Part shown: piece after piece, positions 19,584-32,300 of the stretch | How the letters are laid out: every line of letters begins with the position of its first letter | How positions within the stretch are numbered: the first letter of the stretch is position 1 | NCBI RefSeq assembly: GCF_003704095.1 | Contig: NW_020844647.1 | Coordinates: forward strand, 124,001 to 188,000 | Source: Pocillopora damicornis | Taxonomy: Eukaryota | DNA length: 64,000 nucleotides | Reading direction: 5' to 3' | Notes under the pieces: model-generated | What the model saw: only the letters and a program-made list of their open reading frames with translations | Databases searched by the model: none | What the model was told of the DNA's origin: nothing | Position numbers and translations under genes: made by a program

Positions 19584-22500
19584 TCAGTGTCTCAAACACG
19601 CCTTATCGGCTTGGCCACATACATCAAACCATTTAAATTTTGTGACTGGAGTCGGTTGGATGCAGTGGTTGGTTTTGTTGATCCTGATCTCATAAGGCAG
19701 AGATTGCACACGTATTATCCCATTTCTTTGAAAAAAAAAAATTAAGAAAACAAAAAAATGGTGTTGATAATTGTCATAATAGTTAGAGTAACAGGTAAAA
19801 AGACGTGGAACAACTGTTCTCTAGTACGATTTGCATCCAAGAATACCGCAGTCACGTGGCCTGAACGACGTAAGTGCCAGGCGCATGGGAAAGAATAGCT
19901 GTCTCCTCCACGCTCCTTCGGTGGCTTATTCATCTCTTTGTTTTATGATTTTTTAAAAATTAATTGTTGCTTTCTATTTATGGGAATTAACAGACAATGA
20001 TCAGTACCTGGAAACTTCAGCTCGAATGAGGCGTCCTTGCTGGAGGGCTTTGAAAGGAACTGTTATCTAGAAAAAACGATTTCAGATTAAAAGTTGAATT
20101 TTTAAAATATCATCATAAAGAAAAGTCTTTCTCTTAAAAATACAAAAACAAAAAACCAAACAAAAATTGTCACATCAGACAAAAGGAGTATTTCCCAGCC
20201 AAACAGAAATCAGACATGAATTATTTAACAGGCTGAATTTCGTGCACTTTTCAATAGGTTCTTACCTATGATCTGTTAGAGAACAGAAGCACAGATGACG
20301 TCACCCGTTTACATTATTTTGCTCCTTTACTATATAAGGCAATTCCATGTTGCCGTGGGTTTGTTCAGTAATACATCACAGAAAATTCAAAATGTGGAAA
20401 GAACATCCTTCAGTGACACACTTACACTCGGCCGGTGTGCCACTTTTTTTGTCCATACCACATTTAGGCGTCATGTGTGATTTATCACGGAACAGACGCA
20501 CGGCAACATTTATGCACGCAACTTTCGACCTCTGTACGGTAGTCTGGCTTTAAGGGCTCCTGAGATGAAACTCGACCAGAACACAATCTGGTAATGGTTT
20601 ATATTTTTAAAGAAATCGTTATTTAGCCCTTTACATCCAAACATCAGTATGCATATTCTCCATAATATCTCTATACATTTCTTAAGGTTCTGAAAAGGAG
20701 AATTTGTTTAACGATCAAGAACTTCTCTAGTTGGTGATCGTTTCCCTTATTCTCATGACCTGAATGTTTTATTCAGGGGTGATCTTGTAAGGAGGAATTA
20801 GCTCCCAGTCACTCTTAGGGGTTAAAGGGTTAACAGAATCGGGTTCATTTTTAAAATTAGGGCGTAATAAGATGCATGGTACATTTAAGGCAATAATAAA
20901 AATCGGAATTAAGGGGCTCTTTGACAGCTTGAATTCCACAATAATTTGGTATGCACATTTCACTCTTGGATGTAATGCTTACGTTCTCCTTATCTGGAGT
21001 ATAGTCATGGACAAAAAGTAAGTTTCCCACACTGTAATCAACAAATCGGCTGTCAAAGTAGCTGTACGGTTGTTGTATGTGAGGATGGGCACCAATGACC
21101 AGCTGGACGCCGAGTGACGTCAGATGCTGAGCGACCTCTCTCTGCAAGTTGTTCATTCGGGGACGGTATTCTCTGCCCCAGTGCATCAGAACAGCGATCA
21201 CGTCCACGTTCTTTGCCTGAGTGAGTCAAACAAGTGGACACGAATTTAGATTCCATTTTTTATGGTGTAAAACATCCAGATCGCTTGAAGGCAAGGAGCC
21301 CTTGAACATATTTGATCACTGGACCGTTATGTCGCATTGCGATAGATTGTTGTGAACGAAAACCCATAGTAAACACGAGGAGCCAATGAGGACTCTTTAG
21401 AAACACGCCAACTGACTCAAGCGCAGGAAAACGAGTGCGGTCAAGTCACGATTGGTTTTGGTTTTGCATTTTATCGGTTGAGAGATTGGGGCGAGTTTTT
21501 TTTTTTTCCAGACCAATCACAGAGTGAGAGGAGAAAATCAAACCCAAGCAACACTGGAATTAATTTTGCTTGTAGCTTATAGCTCTATCAGTAAGCTGCT
21601 AATAAAGCAATTGCAGGGTAAACCTTTATATATAAATACTTCAAGCCTCAACGAGGATTGAACCTGCGGTGTTTCCCTGATTCCTTTCAGTCTCTTCGAT
21701 TTAGTGTTCCGACTGATAACAATGAAACTAGGAGGCCACGGTTTAGGAGCGAAGCAAAGGTAATGGGGGGGGGGGGGGNNNNNNNNNNNNNNNNNNNNNN
21801 NNNNNNNNNNNNNNNNNNNNNNNNNNNNNNNNNNNNNNNNNNNNNNNNNNNNNNNNNNNNNNNNNNNNNNNNNNNNNNNNNNNNNNNNNNNNNNNNNNNN
21901 NNNNNNNNNNNNNNNNNNNNNNNNNNNNNNNNNNNNNNNNNNNNNNNNNNNNNNNNNNNNNNNNNNNNNNNNNNNNNNNNNNNNNNNNNNCCCCCCCCCC
22001 CTAGGGGATTGATAATAACCTGCCCTTAATGCTGAAGCGTTCTTCGTTCCACCTTAAGGAGCGTGATCATCATGAGTCAGTTGTTTGAGGGAACAGAGAA
22101 GGAAAGACGGTCAACTTTGAGTCCGGCAATGAAATGGAAGTTTTCAATTTTTCTGATCCTAGTATAATATTATGTTGGGCGTGTGTTACCTTTGAATCTA
22201 GTGATGGCTTTGCTCACCGTAGTCACTGTGGTGCAGTCGATGGCCTGAGGTTGGATTCCAGTCTTGGAAACTGAGAAATTTTCGATTGTCCCACGCAAGT
22301 GATGGGAGGAAATAACATCTCTCTCCAGTTATTAGGTATTTACTTGATGTATGGCACCAAATGGGGCAGCACAAACGATTTAAAATATACAGTAGGACTA
22401 AGTAAGTTGTTACCTTCAAGTCGTTGATGTCCTTAGTAGCGATCTCTTTCTGGTAAAGAGCGGCTCCCGACTTGAACATTTTCCGGACCTCACTACAGTT

Positions 22501-23683
22501 TTTATATCTTGGGCTACTTTGAGTTATACAGTAAGCAAGAATCCCAATCCTTATTGATTTCTTCTCCATAATCAGAGGAACCTAAACACCGATAACCAGA
22601 TTTAGTAATCAGAGTACTGCGTTACCATTAGTCGGAAAAAAAAATGTGTCAGTTTGTCCATTGATTAAGCCAGGAAACTGTCGATGAATTTTCCATTTCT
22701 GGTCAAAGTAAAAAAAAGTTGTTGCAAATAGGTTATCAATGGAAGACATTTTTCGAGGACTTGTATTACCCTTGGGAAATCGCCCAAGCGGAAAGTACTC
22801 AATTTTACAAATGACTTTTTAATGATAAAGATAAAAATTGTATGGTCTTCCATGGTCAGAGTACACCTCTCCTTTGAAACTCTTGAGGGTTATTATAGGC
22901 AAATCTGCTGTTACCTGACGGGAATTGTAAGGTCCATATGTAACACCAACAGTTTTTATTCCAATTTCTTTCAATGCATTAACTGTATAATCCACTGGAA
23001 GCTCACCAAAGTCGTTCAAGTGATTGTTTGCTAATGTCATCACATCAAATCCTGCGAAACTGTTGGCAAAGAGAAATTTGAGTACCGGCAACATGTTGGA
23101 GAGTTGATATATATCTGGGGTTGCATTGGTTTGGTTAACTTCAAGTTGTAATTGGTTAAGCAAATTCGCGACAACCCTTCAACCAATTAATTACAAACTT
23201 GAGCCGATTGCGCCGTGGCCAGTCGCGTTATCTTTCGCTTTAGGTCTTTGCGCGACATCACTTTGAGTTCTCATTGGCTTCTGGTCAAAACCTTCGTTCC
23301 AATTGGTCGTAGGGGTCACTTTTGTGATGGGTTTGCAACAAAATATCAGAATACCCACTTAAAGGTCTTAGCAGTGTTGCAAGAGATTATCGACTAAATA
23401 GGATATGTATCTTCAAGAAATTCTGTCTTTGGGGCTTCTTTGGACTCAACAATAGACGCAACCACGAAGATTCTCAAACGCAGCTTATGAGAGAATAACA
23501 GGTAATTTAGTGTTAACAACTAAGTTAGCCACCGTAAAGGGTAAAAAAGCTGACTTTCCGAGCGTTAGCCCTTCATCAGAGCGTTTGACGAAGGGCTAAA
23601 ACTCGAAACGCCAACTTTTTTATCTTTTACGGTGGCTAATCTACGTTTTCAACTTGGTTGTTAACACTAAATTACCTGCTATA

Positions 23684-23722
<39 letters not shown>

Positions 23723-24075
23723 TACACCCTCTATTCATTTATGAGAGAATAGTTGATGTGATATCGCACTTAAAAAAGTGTGGTAAACTAAGTTTTTTAA
23801 TAGCCACAAACACGTGTGAAACAACACGAACCTCAATGCTGGGGCGCTTTTCTTTTCAGCCTCCAGAAATATTCGTTTCCCAACCAGGACTCTACCAGAC
23901 AGCGCTTGCTTGGGAACGAAGGGCGACTCTAGGTTTCCAAAGGCGATGTCGGCCTCTCGGATGTACTGTGCCACCCGTTTTAAGGTATCGTTGTAACTGT
24001 AAAGGTGACGTTTGACATCAAAGCGAACCGGGTCCGAGAAATTGATATCTCCGGCAAATACAAGACTTAAGGTAT
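19584..24075 (-). CDS. CapA/PgsA-family (PGA_cap metallophosphoesterase-fold) poly-gamma-glutamate synthesis protein; 5' exon(s) unresolved
   Basis: Phase-consistent exons 24075-23832, 23059-22915, 22581-22414, 21216-20983, 20066-20008, 19725-19584. Motifs LVFAGDI, ADIAFGNLE, TLANNH, MHWGREY, IGAHPH and YSVGN occur in CapA order. Confidence 0.9.
21779..21990. other. Assembly gap flanked by poly-G and poly-C
   Basis: 212 N. Confidence 1.
23494..23730. mobile_element. Penelope-like element-derived palindromic repeat with hammerhead-like motifs, in a capA intron
   Basis: About 90-bp inverted arms across 23494-23681. Minus strand ctgatgaagggctaacgctcggaaa; plus strand ttgacgaagggctaaaactcgaaac. 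Confidence 0.55.
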
Positions 24076-24335
24076 CTGCAAAATTTAAGTGTCTTTCAAG
24101 TTAGCCTCGAAATACATTTCTTAAGAACCTTTTAAGATCCTTTGCTACTAATATTTCGGATTTCTCTACGATTACTAGCCACGTTAGCATGGAATAACAC
24201 CTGGAAAGATCGTTAATTTATGTGTCCTCGCGAACTATCCTATAACAATGGTGGAACAGGAAATAGCTTCTTTCTAAAGGATTTCCTAGCTCTCGTCCTT
24301 CTAATCGTTCAATTTAACTCAAACACACACTTAAA

Positions 24336-24518
24336 GAGGCTCTCAATAGGGTTAACCGTTAGCCGTAAAATGGCAAAAAAAATTAGACGTTAACCGTTAA
24401 TCGTAAACAAAGTTAACCGTAAAAATCTTAATTTCAAACGTAACGGAAATAATTTAACCGTTGATCGTAAAGTGGCTAATGTATTAATCTGTAAGCCTTC
24501 ACCCCGTTGAGACCCTCC
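24336..24518. mobile_element. Small MITE-like element with internal (ttaaccgt) repeats
   Basis: Inverted ends gaggctctcaatagggt ... accccgttgagaccctc. Confidence 0.5.
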
Positions 24519-25692
24519 TTAGAAGGCTGTTGTGAATCATATCATGTTCCGTATCAAAAAAAAAGTCATAGTTTTCATTGTTTTTATCCATCAAAGGTTG
24601 TTACTGCCGAAAAAAAAAAACGAAAGCGTATTCGGTTTAAAATAGAGCCAGAGATCAATATGATAAGCTTAGGAAACAAAGTAAAAATACTGAATAACTT
24701 TCTAGTCAGCTCCTTTGTTAGTATCAGAATTTTATAATACTACACACTAAGGACGAATAAAAGAAATGGAATCTTCCTCGTGAGTGTATCACCACTGGCA
24801 TAAATTATCTATCCCAAATACCTTTTGCTGCTTCGTTGAGGACACCATAAGTTGACATTAGAGTAAAAAGCGTCCAAATATGGTCCATTTCGTGATAGAA
24901 CTGTTACAGCTAATGCGACTGCTCGAGCTTGAACCTTCTTTAGAGGGGGTACAGGTTGTTTTATAACTACCAGAAAACGGTTTCGTCTTATCACTGAGGT
25001 TGAATTAATTTTACCAACGGTAGAGGTCATTTCACCAACAAGAGAATTTATCTCCACAACAGGAGAAGTCATTTATAAGCCGTCAACACTGTGTCTGTTT
25101 AAGATGATAAAAGTTTCATTTACATATACAATGCAATATGGCACTTTCGTGATTGGACTGGTTAAGTTCATTGATCATGACCCTCACTGGTATACACGTG
25201 AGGTTAAAAAAGTGAGGCATGGGTTGGAACCCCTGTTAAAGCTATGTTTTCTTTTTTTTCACGCATCATTTTCCGCAATTTCTTAGATTAAAATTCATCT
25301 TGGAGGATTATTTCCTCTTTGTTATCATCCACGTTTTAAAAGAGAGTACTTTTCAATAAGGTGTCGAAAGTTATTCAGGGTTGATTTTTTTTCGCTTTAC
25401 TTCATCTCGTGATTGGTCCAGAAAACTCGAGTAATTTTCTAAACCAATCAGAGTCGAAACTTAAACTACCTGTGACTTGGTCACCCGTGTTTTTCCCGCA
25501 CTTTAGGCAGTTTGCGCGTTTTTACCTTGAGTTCTTATTTGCTGCTCTTAACAAATTTTCTCTCGTCTATGAAAATTTTTCATTATTTTAAAGAAAAACA
25601 GAAGTCGCTAAAATTCACCTCACTCCTCCATCACCTTTATAGCTCAATTGAAAGTAAAGCAATCCAATTTTTACCAATTCTTATTTTAAGTC

Positions 25693-26628
25693 TTATTGGA
25701 AACGCGCTTTTGAAATGCAACTTCGAAAAGTCCGGACAACCTCAGATCGAAAATTCGCATTTCCAAATGAATAAATAAATGGATGAATAAAAGAACTAGT
25801 CAATGAAATACTAATTGCAATTTTCATGACTGAGATATCTCCTGTTCGAACTTTAAAATCGTAAGCTGTTGCAAGAGTGCTACACATGAGAGGTCCCCAG
25901 CTTAAAAGGAAACTCGCAGTGATTATGACCAGCATACTCAAGGCTTTGTATTTGGATCTTATGTAAAATGCACTCAATTTTCGCGTTTTTGCTCTGTCTC
26001 GTAGATAAATGAATATTTGGTAATACGATCGCGAAATTATTGCTAAGGGAACAAAAAAAGCGAAAAAGAAGTAGATAGTAACTGATATCATGCTTGAAAG
26101 CCGGCCACGTGGTAGAAGGCAAACAAATAAAGGTTTTTCATAGATATTTTGTCGCCCAAGCATCTTCAATCTCGGGCTGAGAGTAGCGCTCAGTGACATA
26201 GGAATTGATAAAATGAGCGCAAACAGCCAAATAAAAGCAATCCTTGTCTTTCGGTGTTTATTCATTGTCATAGCTTTTATGGAATTTATGATGTGTTCTT
26301 TGCGGTCCGTGGCGATTCCGACAAGAAGTATAAAAACAGCAGCACAGAATGCCTGCCGCCAAAATATAATCACTTTGCATTCGGCATCCGAAATTAAATG
26401 ATGATTATTTCTGTTTAAAAAGTAGATTTCTAAAACAGCCAGTGCTGTTCTGTAAACAACTTCTGCCACCGAGAGTTGGAAAACGTAAAAATTGGAGATA
26501 CTTTTCTTCGTCAGTTTGCAACGAATCATGATAAAACAGACGAAGAGGTTGCTTGCCAGTCCGAGGGCTAAGAATACTGAATCTAAAGTCTGAGATGCTT
26601 TCTGGAACTGAGTTGCTGCGGAATTCAT
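25693..26628 (-). CDS. Intronless class A (rhodopsin-like) GPCR, divergent orphan
   Basis: 311 aa from the ATG at 26628, with seven hydrophobic segments. TM3 Cys (AECKV), IATDRK, TM4 Trp, TM5 FFVPL..Y, TM6 LSWGP, TM7 HPFIY, helix 8 NANFR. Confidence 0.88.
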   Translation of the reverse strand: MNSAATQFQKASQTLDSVFLALGLASNLFVCFIMIRCKLTKKSISNFYVFQLSVAEVVYRTALAVLEIYFLNRNNHHLISDAECKVIIFWRQAFCAAVFILLVGIATDRKEHIINSIKAMTMNKHRKTRIAFIWLFALILSIPMSLSATLSPRLKMLGRQNIYEKPLFVCLLPRGRLSSMISVTIYFFFAFFVPLAIISRSYYQIFIYLRDRAKTRKLSAFYIRSKYKALSMLVIITASFLLSWGPLMCSTLATAYDFKVRTGDISVMKIAISISLTSSFIHPFIYSFGNANFRSEVVRTFRSCISKARFQ

Positions 26629-27608
26629 CGTCACGGCAGAAAGTGGTGATCGCAAACTTGATTGAAACTCTTACAGATGATTAACCAAACGAAGAGAAGT
26701 TTATGGAACTGCCAGATTAATCCAAATTCAAGAGTCTAGAAATATGAAACGAAGAAAACAAATTTCCTCCGGAAGGCAGACCGAAGGGTGCTATACAGCT
26801 GAACTTGTACGAGCGAAGGAAGTTTCTCCACAAGCACTTGTAAATCTACTCATGAAACTGTCTGTAAAGTCCTCTTTGATGGCGAGAAGATGTCAGGCAG
26901 ATATAATTACGCGGTTTACATCTATTTTTGAGTAGGACTAAAGAACATTTGCAAATCAATTAACCTTTCTTGAAGTGTCAAGCGGAAATTATATAGCTAA
27001 GTTTATTGCACTTCTAAAATAAGTTGACTTTGTGTAAGTAATAAAAGGAAGTTGGGAAAACCATGTTTACTTTTCTAAAAAAAGCCTTCCCCCTTAAAAA
27101 GCGCGTTCTTTCAAAACTTGTCGTTTCTCTTGCCAAAGCACTATGGGGGATTTATTTATTTTGCTGCTTGGAGTTTCCGAGATATGGAAGATATTCGGTC
27201 AACTACTGAGTGTACAAAATTTTTTTGGTGGTTAAGACTTTCAGTTCTAATAAAAGTAACTTATTCTGTTCGTTCTATTTAATCACTATTTCATACAGGA
27301 AAACTTGCCTAAGAAAATATTCGCTTGACCGAAATGTAATTACTTGGCACAGAGAGTCACGAACGAAATGTATTTAATTAAAATTTTCTCCAGTATGTAC
27401 ACATGTGGTACTGTTATTCTCGCCGTGAAATATAATCTGGAAGCCGCAACTACAAATCAAGGATTTTAATAACGTTATTAATTATTTGTTTGACGGACAA
27501 TCTGTACCGCTGCTCTTCATGTAAACAAGAACGTTGGAAATAATGATTAAGTAAAATACAAGAAGAATTTAGAGCTGTGCATTTAACTCCGGCGAAAAAT
27601 TACTTCTA

Positions 27609-28505
27609 ATGGCCACCGCCAATGTTTCCTGTGCGAATGAGATTCCCTTCCTCATGTTTCTTCAAACAGATGTTTCTCTGCTCATTTGCGCCGTTTTAAA
27701 CTGCTTCTTTGCCGCTACAACCACGGTGGGAAATTTATTGATTATTATCAGCATCTTTCGCTCTCCAGCTTTGCGTTCGACGGCAAATTTTTTGCTTCTC
27801 GGCTTAGCTATTGCTGATTTTGGAGTAGGCGTGGTATTAGAGCCGCTGTACATTACAGTCCTGCTCAAACTTTTCATGGCTTCGCCTGTCAGTTGCACCT
27901 TGGCAGTTTCTTTCACATCCGTTTCGTCGTTTCTAGTTGCAACTTCCATGTTTGCCGTCACGGCCATCAGCCTGGACAGATACCTGGCGATTCATTTCCA
28001 TTTGAGATACAAGGAATTCTTCACGGAGAAAAAAGTCATTTATCTGCAGATTTCTCTGTGGATAACAAGCGGACTTCTCACTTTAACAAGGATGGCGGGT
28101 TTTAGAATCTACCTTGTTATCGCTTTAATCATTGTCATAGTTTGTCTGAGTATCATTTGCCTCGCCTACTGTAATATTTTTCTGGTTTTGAGACGGCATC
28201 AAGTTCAGATTCAAAATCAAATGCGCACCACAGATAGAATAAAAAACTTGAAGCAATTGCGAAGCTCGGTTGTAAACAAATTTTACGTGTTTTTCGCGCA
28301 TCTAGTTTGTTTCTTGCCATTCGGTTGCCTGACTATAATCGCTAACACTTCACGTACACGAAGCAGAGCCGTCATGTTACTTAATTTGCTCTCCACGTCT
28401 ATTATTTTATTTAACTCATCTTTAAACCCTCTCATTTACTGCTGGCGCCGACAAGACTTTCGAGAGAATGTTAAGCAAACTTTAAAAAACCACTGCTGTT
28501 TATGA
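27609..28505 (+). CDS. Intronless class A GPCR (melanocortin/adenosine-receptor-like orphan)
   Basis: 298 aa with GN, LAIAD, SLDRY, CFLP and NSSLNPLIY motifs, an N-terminal NVS sequon and C-terminal CC. Confidence 0.92.
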   Translation: MATANVSCANEIPFLMFLQTDVSLLICAVLNCFFAATTTVGNLLIIISIFRSPALRSTANFLLLGLAIADFGVGVVLEPLYITVLLKLFMASPVSCTLAVSFTSVSSFLVATSMFAVTAISLDRYLAIHFHLRYKEFFTEKKVIYLQISLWITSGLLTLTRMAGFRIYLVIALIIVIVCLSIICLAYCNIFLVLRRHQVQIQNQMRTTDRIKNLKQLRSSVVNKFYVFFAHLVCFLPFGCLTIIANTSRTRSRAVMLLNLLSTSIILFNSSLNPLIYCWRRQDFRENVKQTLKNHCCL

Positions 28506-29318
28506 AAGATTATCAAAAAATATGGCTTTGTTATATTTTGCGTTGTCTGGAGAATTTGATAGGGTTTTGACCAGATTGTAATTTTGTAAAGTCGTTTATT
28601 TTAGAGCAGTCGCAGAGTACAACGTACTAGCGAGAAAGAAATTTTTTCCTAAGCTATCGGATCTTTTAAACATTGGGATGTAACGAGGTAATTTTAATTA
28701 TTGTGAAAAGTTAATAAATTTCATTGTTCATAAACACATTTACACGGTCGCTTCTAGCATTAGAGTCAAGTGACAGGAGTAATTCCAGATCGAGGTGCTA
28801 TCTGATAATTTTCTTTCACGATTTTCTCGTGGGCTACAAAACAAAACACATAACAGTGTAAGATTCTGACACATTCAAAACAGGATAAAAATTTTACGGG
28901 TTAACTTTTGTTATGACTTATGGCTAAAAGTTGTCCATTTTTACGGAAAACACATAAGTTTTTACTCTAGAGCCTGAATAAACTGAAAAATATTTCAAAT
29001 AAGTAAATTTAAAGTCCTTTAAGGTGGGGGGGAAACTCGGACCATCCCCACGGGACCGTTCCCCTGAGAAGCTGACTCCAAACACGCCTTCGATCAGTAA
29101 AACAATTTTAAAAGTTATTCAGTCCTAAATACCAGTCTTTTCCTGGCCTGCCTTCAATCGAATAACAACCGGCCAATTGAACGTCCCTTTTGTCCTGATT
29201 GACATAAATCAATAATTGATTACAAAAGCGCTGGCTTAATGGAAAGAAAATTTTGTTTAACAGTTTTGATTGGAAAACCGTCGATGTATTGTCTATCTTC
29301 TCTGACAAACACCTAGAG

Positions 29319-32300
29319 ATGGAATCGCGGAGAATTTGGTACAACTTACTTTGGAGCTTTTGGTAAGTATACATATTGAACAAAAAATTGTCGCTTTGAA
29401 TCAGTTGGCGTCTACTTAGAATACGTTTTGATTGAAAAAATTAATTTCACTTTGACAATTAAGTAATAGATCTCAGGGGTTGTTTTAGCATCAAAAACCC
29501 TAAATTTGCTACATTATTTTAATATCTTCGTGGCTCTTAGTTATTTCTGTTGTTAAAAACCTTGCAGAGCAAATTAAAACGGCACCGAACGAATTACGCG
29601 AATGTGTGACCTCCAATCATTTCAAGCTAATTAACCGCAGTGTTACCAGCTTTCAACTTCCTCAAAAAAAAAACATAGACGAATAACAGGTGATATGGCT
29701 GTTAATTGCTCTATCTTTCATGACCTTTGATTTTAGGCTGCACTCTCTGTGAAGTTTTGTAGCCTACTAATTTGCCTGGGGCTATTTCTAGTAACTGCGT
29801 TAACCGCTTAGCCAGAAATACCTTGTTAGCCAAGCTATGACGAACAATGCAAGCAGTGAATTAAGGCGCAGCACCCGTTCATTACCGCCTTGAATTCGAA
29901 CCTCTGATCTTTGTACTTCTATTTATTATTTTTTTTCGAAGTACGATCTAAGATGGAATCTTCTTGGTGTAGAATACCATTGCTTGAGAAAGAAAATGTG
30001 AATTTCTGAAATAAAAGGTGACAACAATTTTTCTGAATCCATTTGGCGTGAAAATGCCACCTGTTCCAACTTGTTCTAATTTGACTGATCGGTTTTCAAG
30101 ATGAATAGTTTTAAAATAACCTGTTTGAGATACTATCAGTTGTAGTTAAGAACCGACCATCTTAACAAGTAAATGAACTTTAGAACTTCCACCTGGTTTC
30201 GCTCATACACGGATTTTCACAGTTACGCGTGCGTATTTCACTGATACTGCAGCGATACGTGCAGTACTTGTGACTGCAGAAGTTCTACCCTCCAAACCCC
30301 TCATTTTTGTGCATATAACAGAGCATACCGCAGCCCTTGTTGAAAATGATTAGAGCGTGTACATGTTATGCCATGAAGCGCTTAACTGCGTTTGGTTCAA
30401 TCTGAGTCATCCCGGCGTAGCTGAACTCGACGACAATCTGCAAGATTCCCATTTAATTTCAAGATAATGTCAGCTTGCTAGTTATTTACTTTGGCTCTTT
30501 TTTGATTCGATCAATGCAAAATATTATCTCAGAGCAATTTCAATATATCGCGGCTCTGACCCGCATGTTGTTGTGTGATATTATTGTCTTTATATGAAAA
30601 AGAAATCTCTGCACGAGACAAACATTCATCTGTCATTTCTGTTGCTCAAATTCGTTCATAACTTTGCATTTTCAGCCTTATTTTTGTGGTTCTTAACTCA
30701 CATCACGTGCTTGGAAAGAAAGGAAAGAAGTCGCATTCAAAGAGGAAGCCATCTTGGAAAGCGCCCAGACCTCACATTATTATGATTGTCGCTGATGATC
30801 TGGTAAAGAGTTTCGCTAAAAGACTATTTGATTAAGAGATCACTTAAGGTTATTCTTATTTAGTTATTATCAGATTACTCCAGTCGTCGCGAACCTTAAG
30901 AAGGTCTGATCTAGAGCTATGTTATCCTGCATCGAGAATTTTGCCACCGAGGACATTTTTATGGAGCTTCTAGTCAGCTCTACCAAGACATTCAAGTAAC
31001 ACGTACCAGTCACATGTGTTTAAAAACAAACCAATCACAGAAAAGTATACTGCTTTATGAGACGATGGGTCACCGGTCGACCTAATCGCCTGAAGGAGAC
31101 TAGAAATATGCAGCAATATCACGATCCGCTTCTTCTTCCGCATCACTTCTTTATCATGCGTGAAATTCGTGTCTCACTTTGATCCACATATCACGCTTAG
31201 CTTGATCATCTCTCGCTTCCAGACGAAAATTGATATTTCATTAAAGGACCGGTCCCTATTTTTTGACCAAAAATTGAAAAAGGATTTAGACTTTTCTTAC
31301 CATTTACACTTGCCTAAGCTCGCTGATTTTGACCCAGATGATGTAAGTATCGTTCAATTGCAGGGCTGGGATGACGTCAGTTTTCACGGCTCTCGCCAGA
31401 TCCCAACTCCTCATATGGACAAACTGGCCAATGACGGAGTGATTCTAAACAGTTATTACGTATCACCAATTTGTACTCCTACCCGGTCCTCTATCATGAC
31501 TGGAAAACACCCGGTCAACTTAGGTTAGTACTAGTATCCAAGGTTGGAGGAAAGAGAAGATGAGTAGCAGAGAGAGAATCCACCATATAAGCTGTATTAC
31601 AAACAAGTCATTATTCATCGTTTGTGGGGTGGGGTGGGAGGAGAAGGATTTGGGGATCACTTGGTCTTTCACCGTGAAAGGAGGGGGAGGGAAGCAATCG
31701 TCGCCAACGGAGTATACGGAGGGAACTCTAGAAAATTGATCGCCAATAAACCGNNNNNNNNNNNNNNNNNNNNNNNNNNNNNNNNNNNNNNNNNNNNNNN
31801 NNNNNNNNNNNNNNNNNNNNNNNNNNNNNNNNNNNNNNNNNNNNNNNNNNNNNTCCCCACCTTCCCCCTTTTCATCAGATAAATCTACTCGCGGAATCAA
31901 ATCTGAAGGAGAAGAAACGGTGTTAAAGGAGCCATTTGTTCGACATCGTAATTTTGCCAGCTATTTGTATCATCTGTGACCAGGTTTTAAAATAAAGCTG
32001 TGTGTTTTCTGCCTATGTTGTTTTGTCTAAGAAGGGAGAATATCACAAATCTCCCCATTCGTGCTTAAGATACTTTCCGCTAGAACAACCTCTTAACAAC
32101 TTTACCTGGTTTTCCCACATTTGATGTCGTTGTGTTGCTAAATAGTTTTTCAACAAGACCTACTAAAGATGGGAAAACAATTTTTTTCTATCAGTGGCAT
32201 TTAGGATTTTTTGAAAAGGAATACACTCCAACTTATCGCGGATTTGAGTCTTTCTATGGATTTTGGAATGGAAAAGAAGATTTTTGGGACCACACCTCAC

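Noticed and set aside
19584-24075. Bacterial contamination explaining capA
   Set aside because: The gene has phase-consistent spliceosomal introns containing host repeats.
30594-30785. 63-aa ORF as the start of arylsulfatase A
   Set aside because: Wrong frame; the [11 protein letters not shown] exon is in another frame behind an acceptor at 30675.
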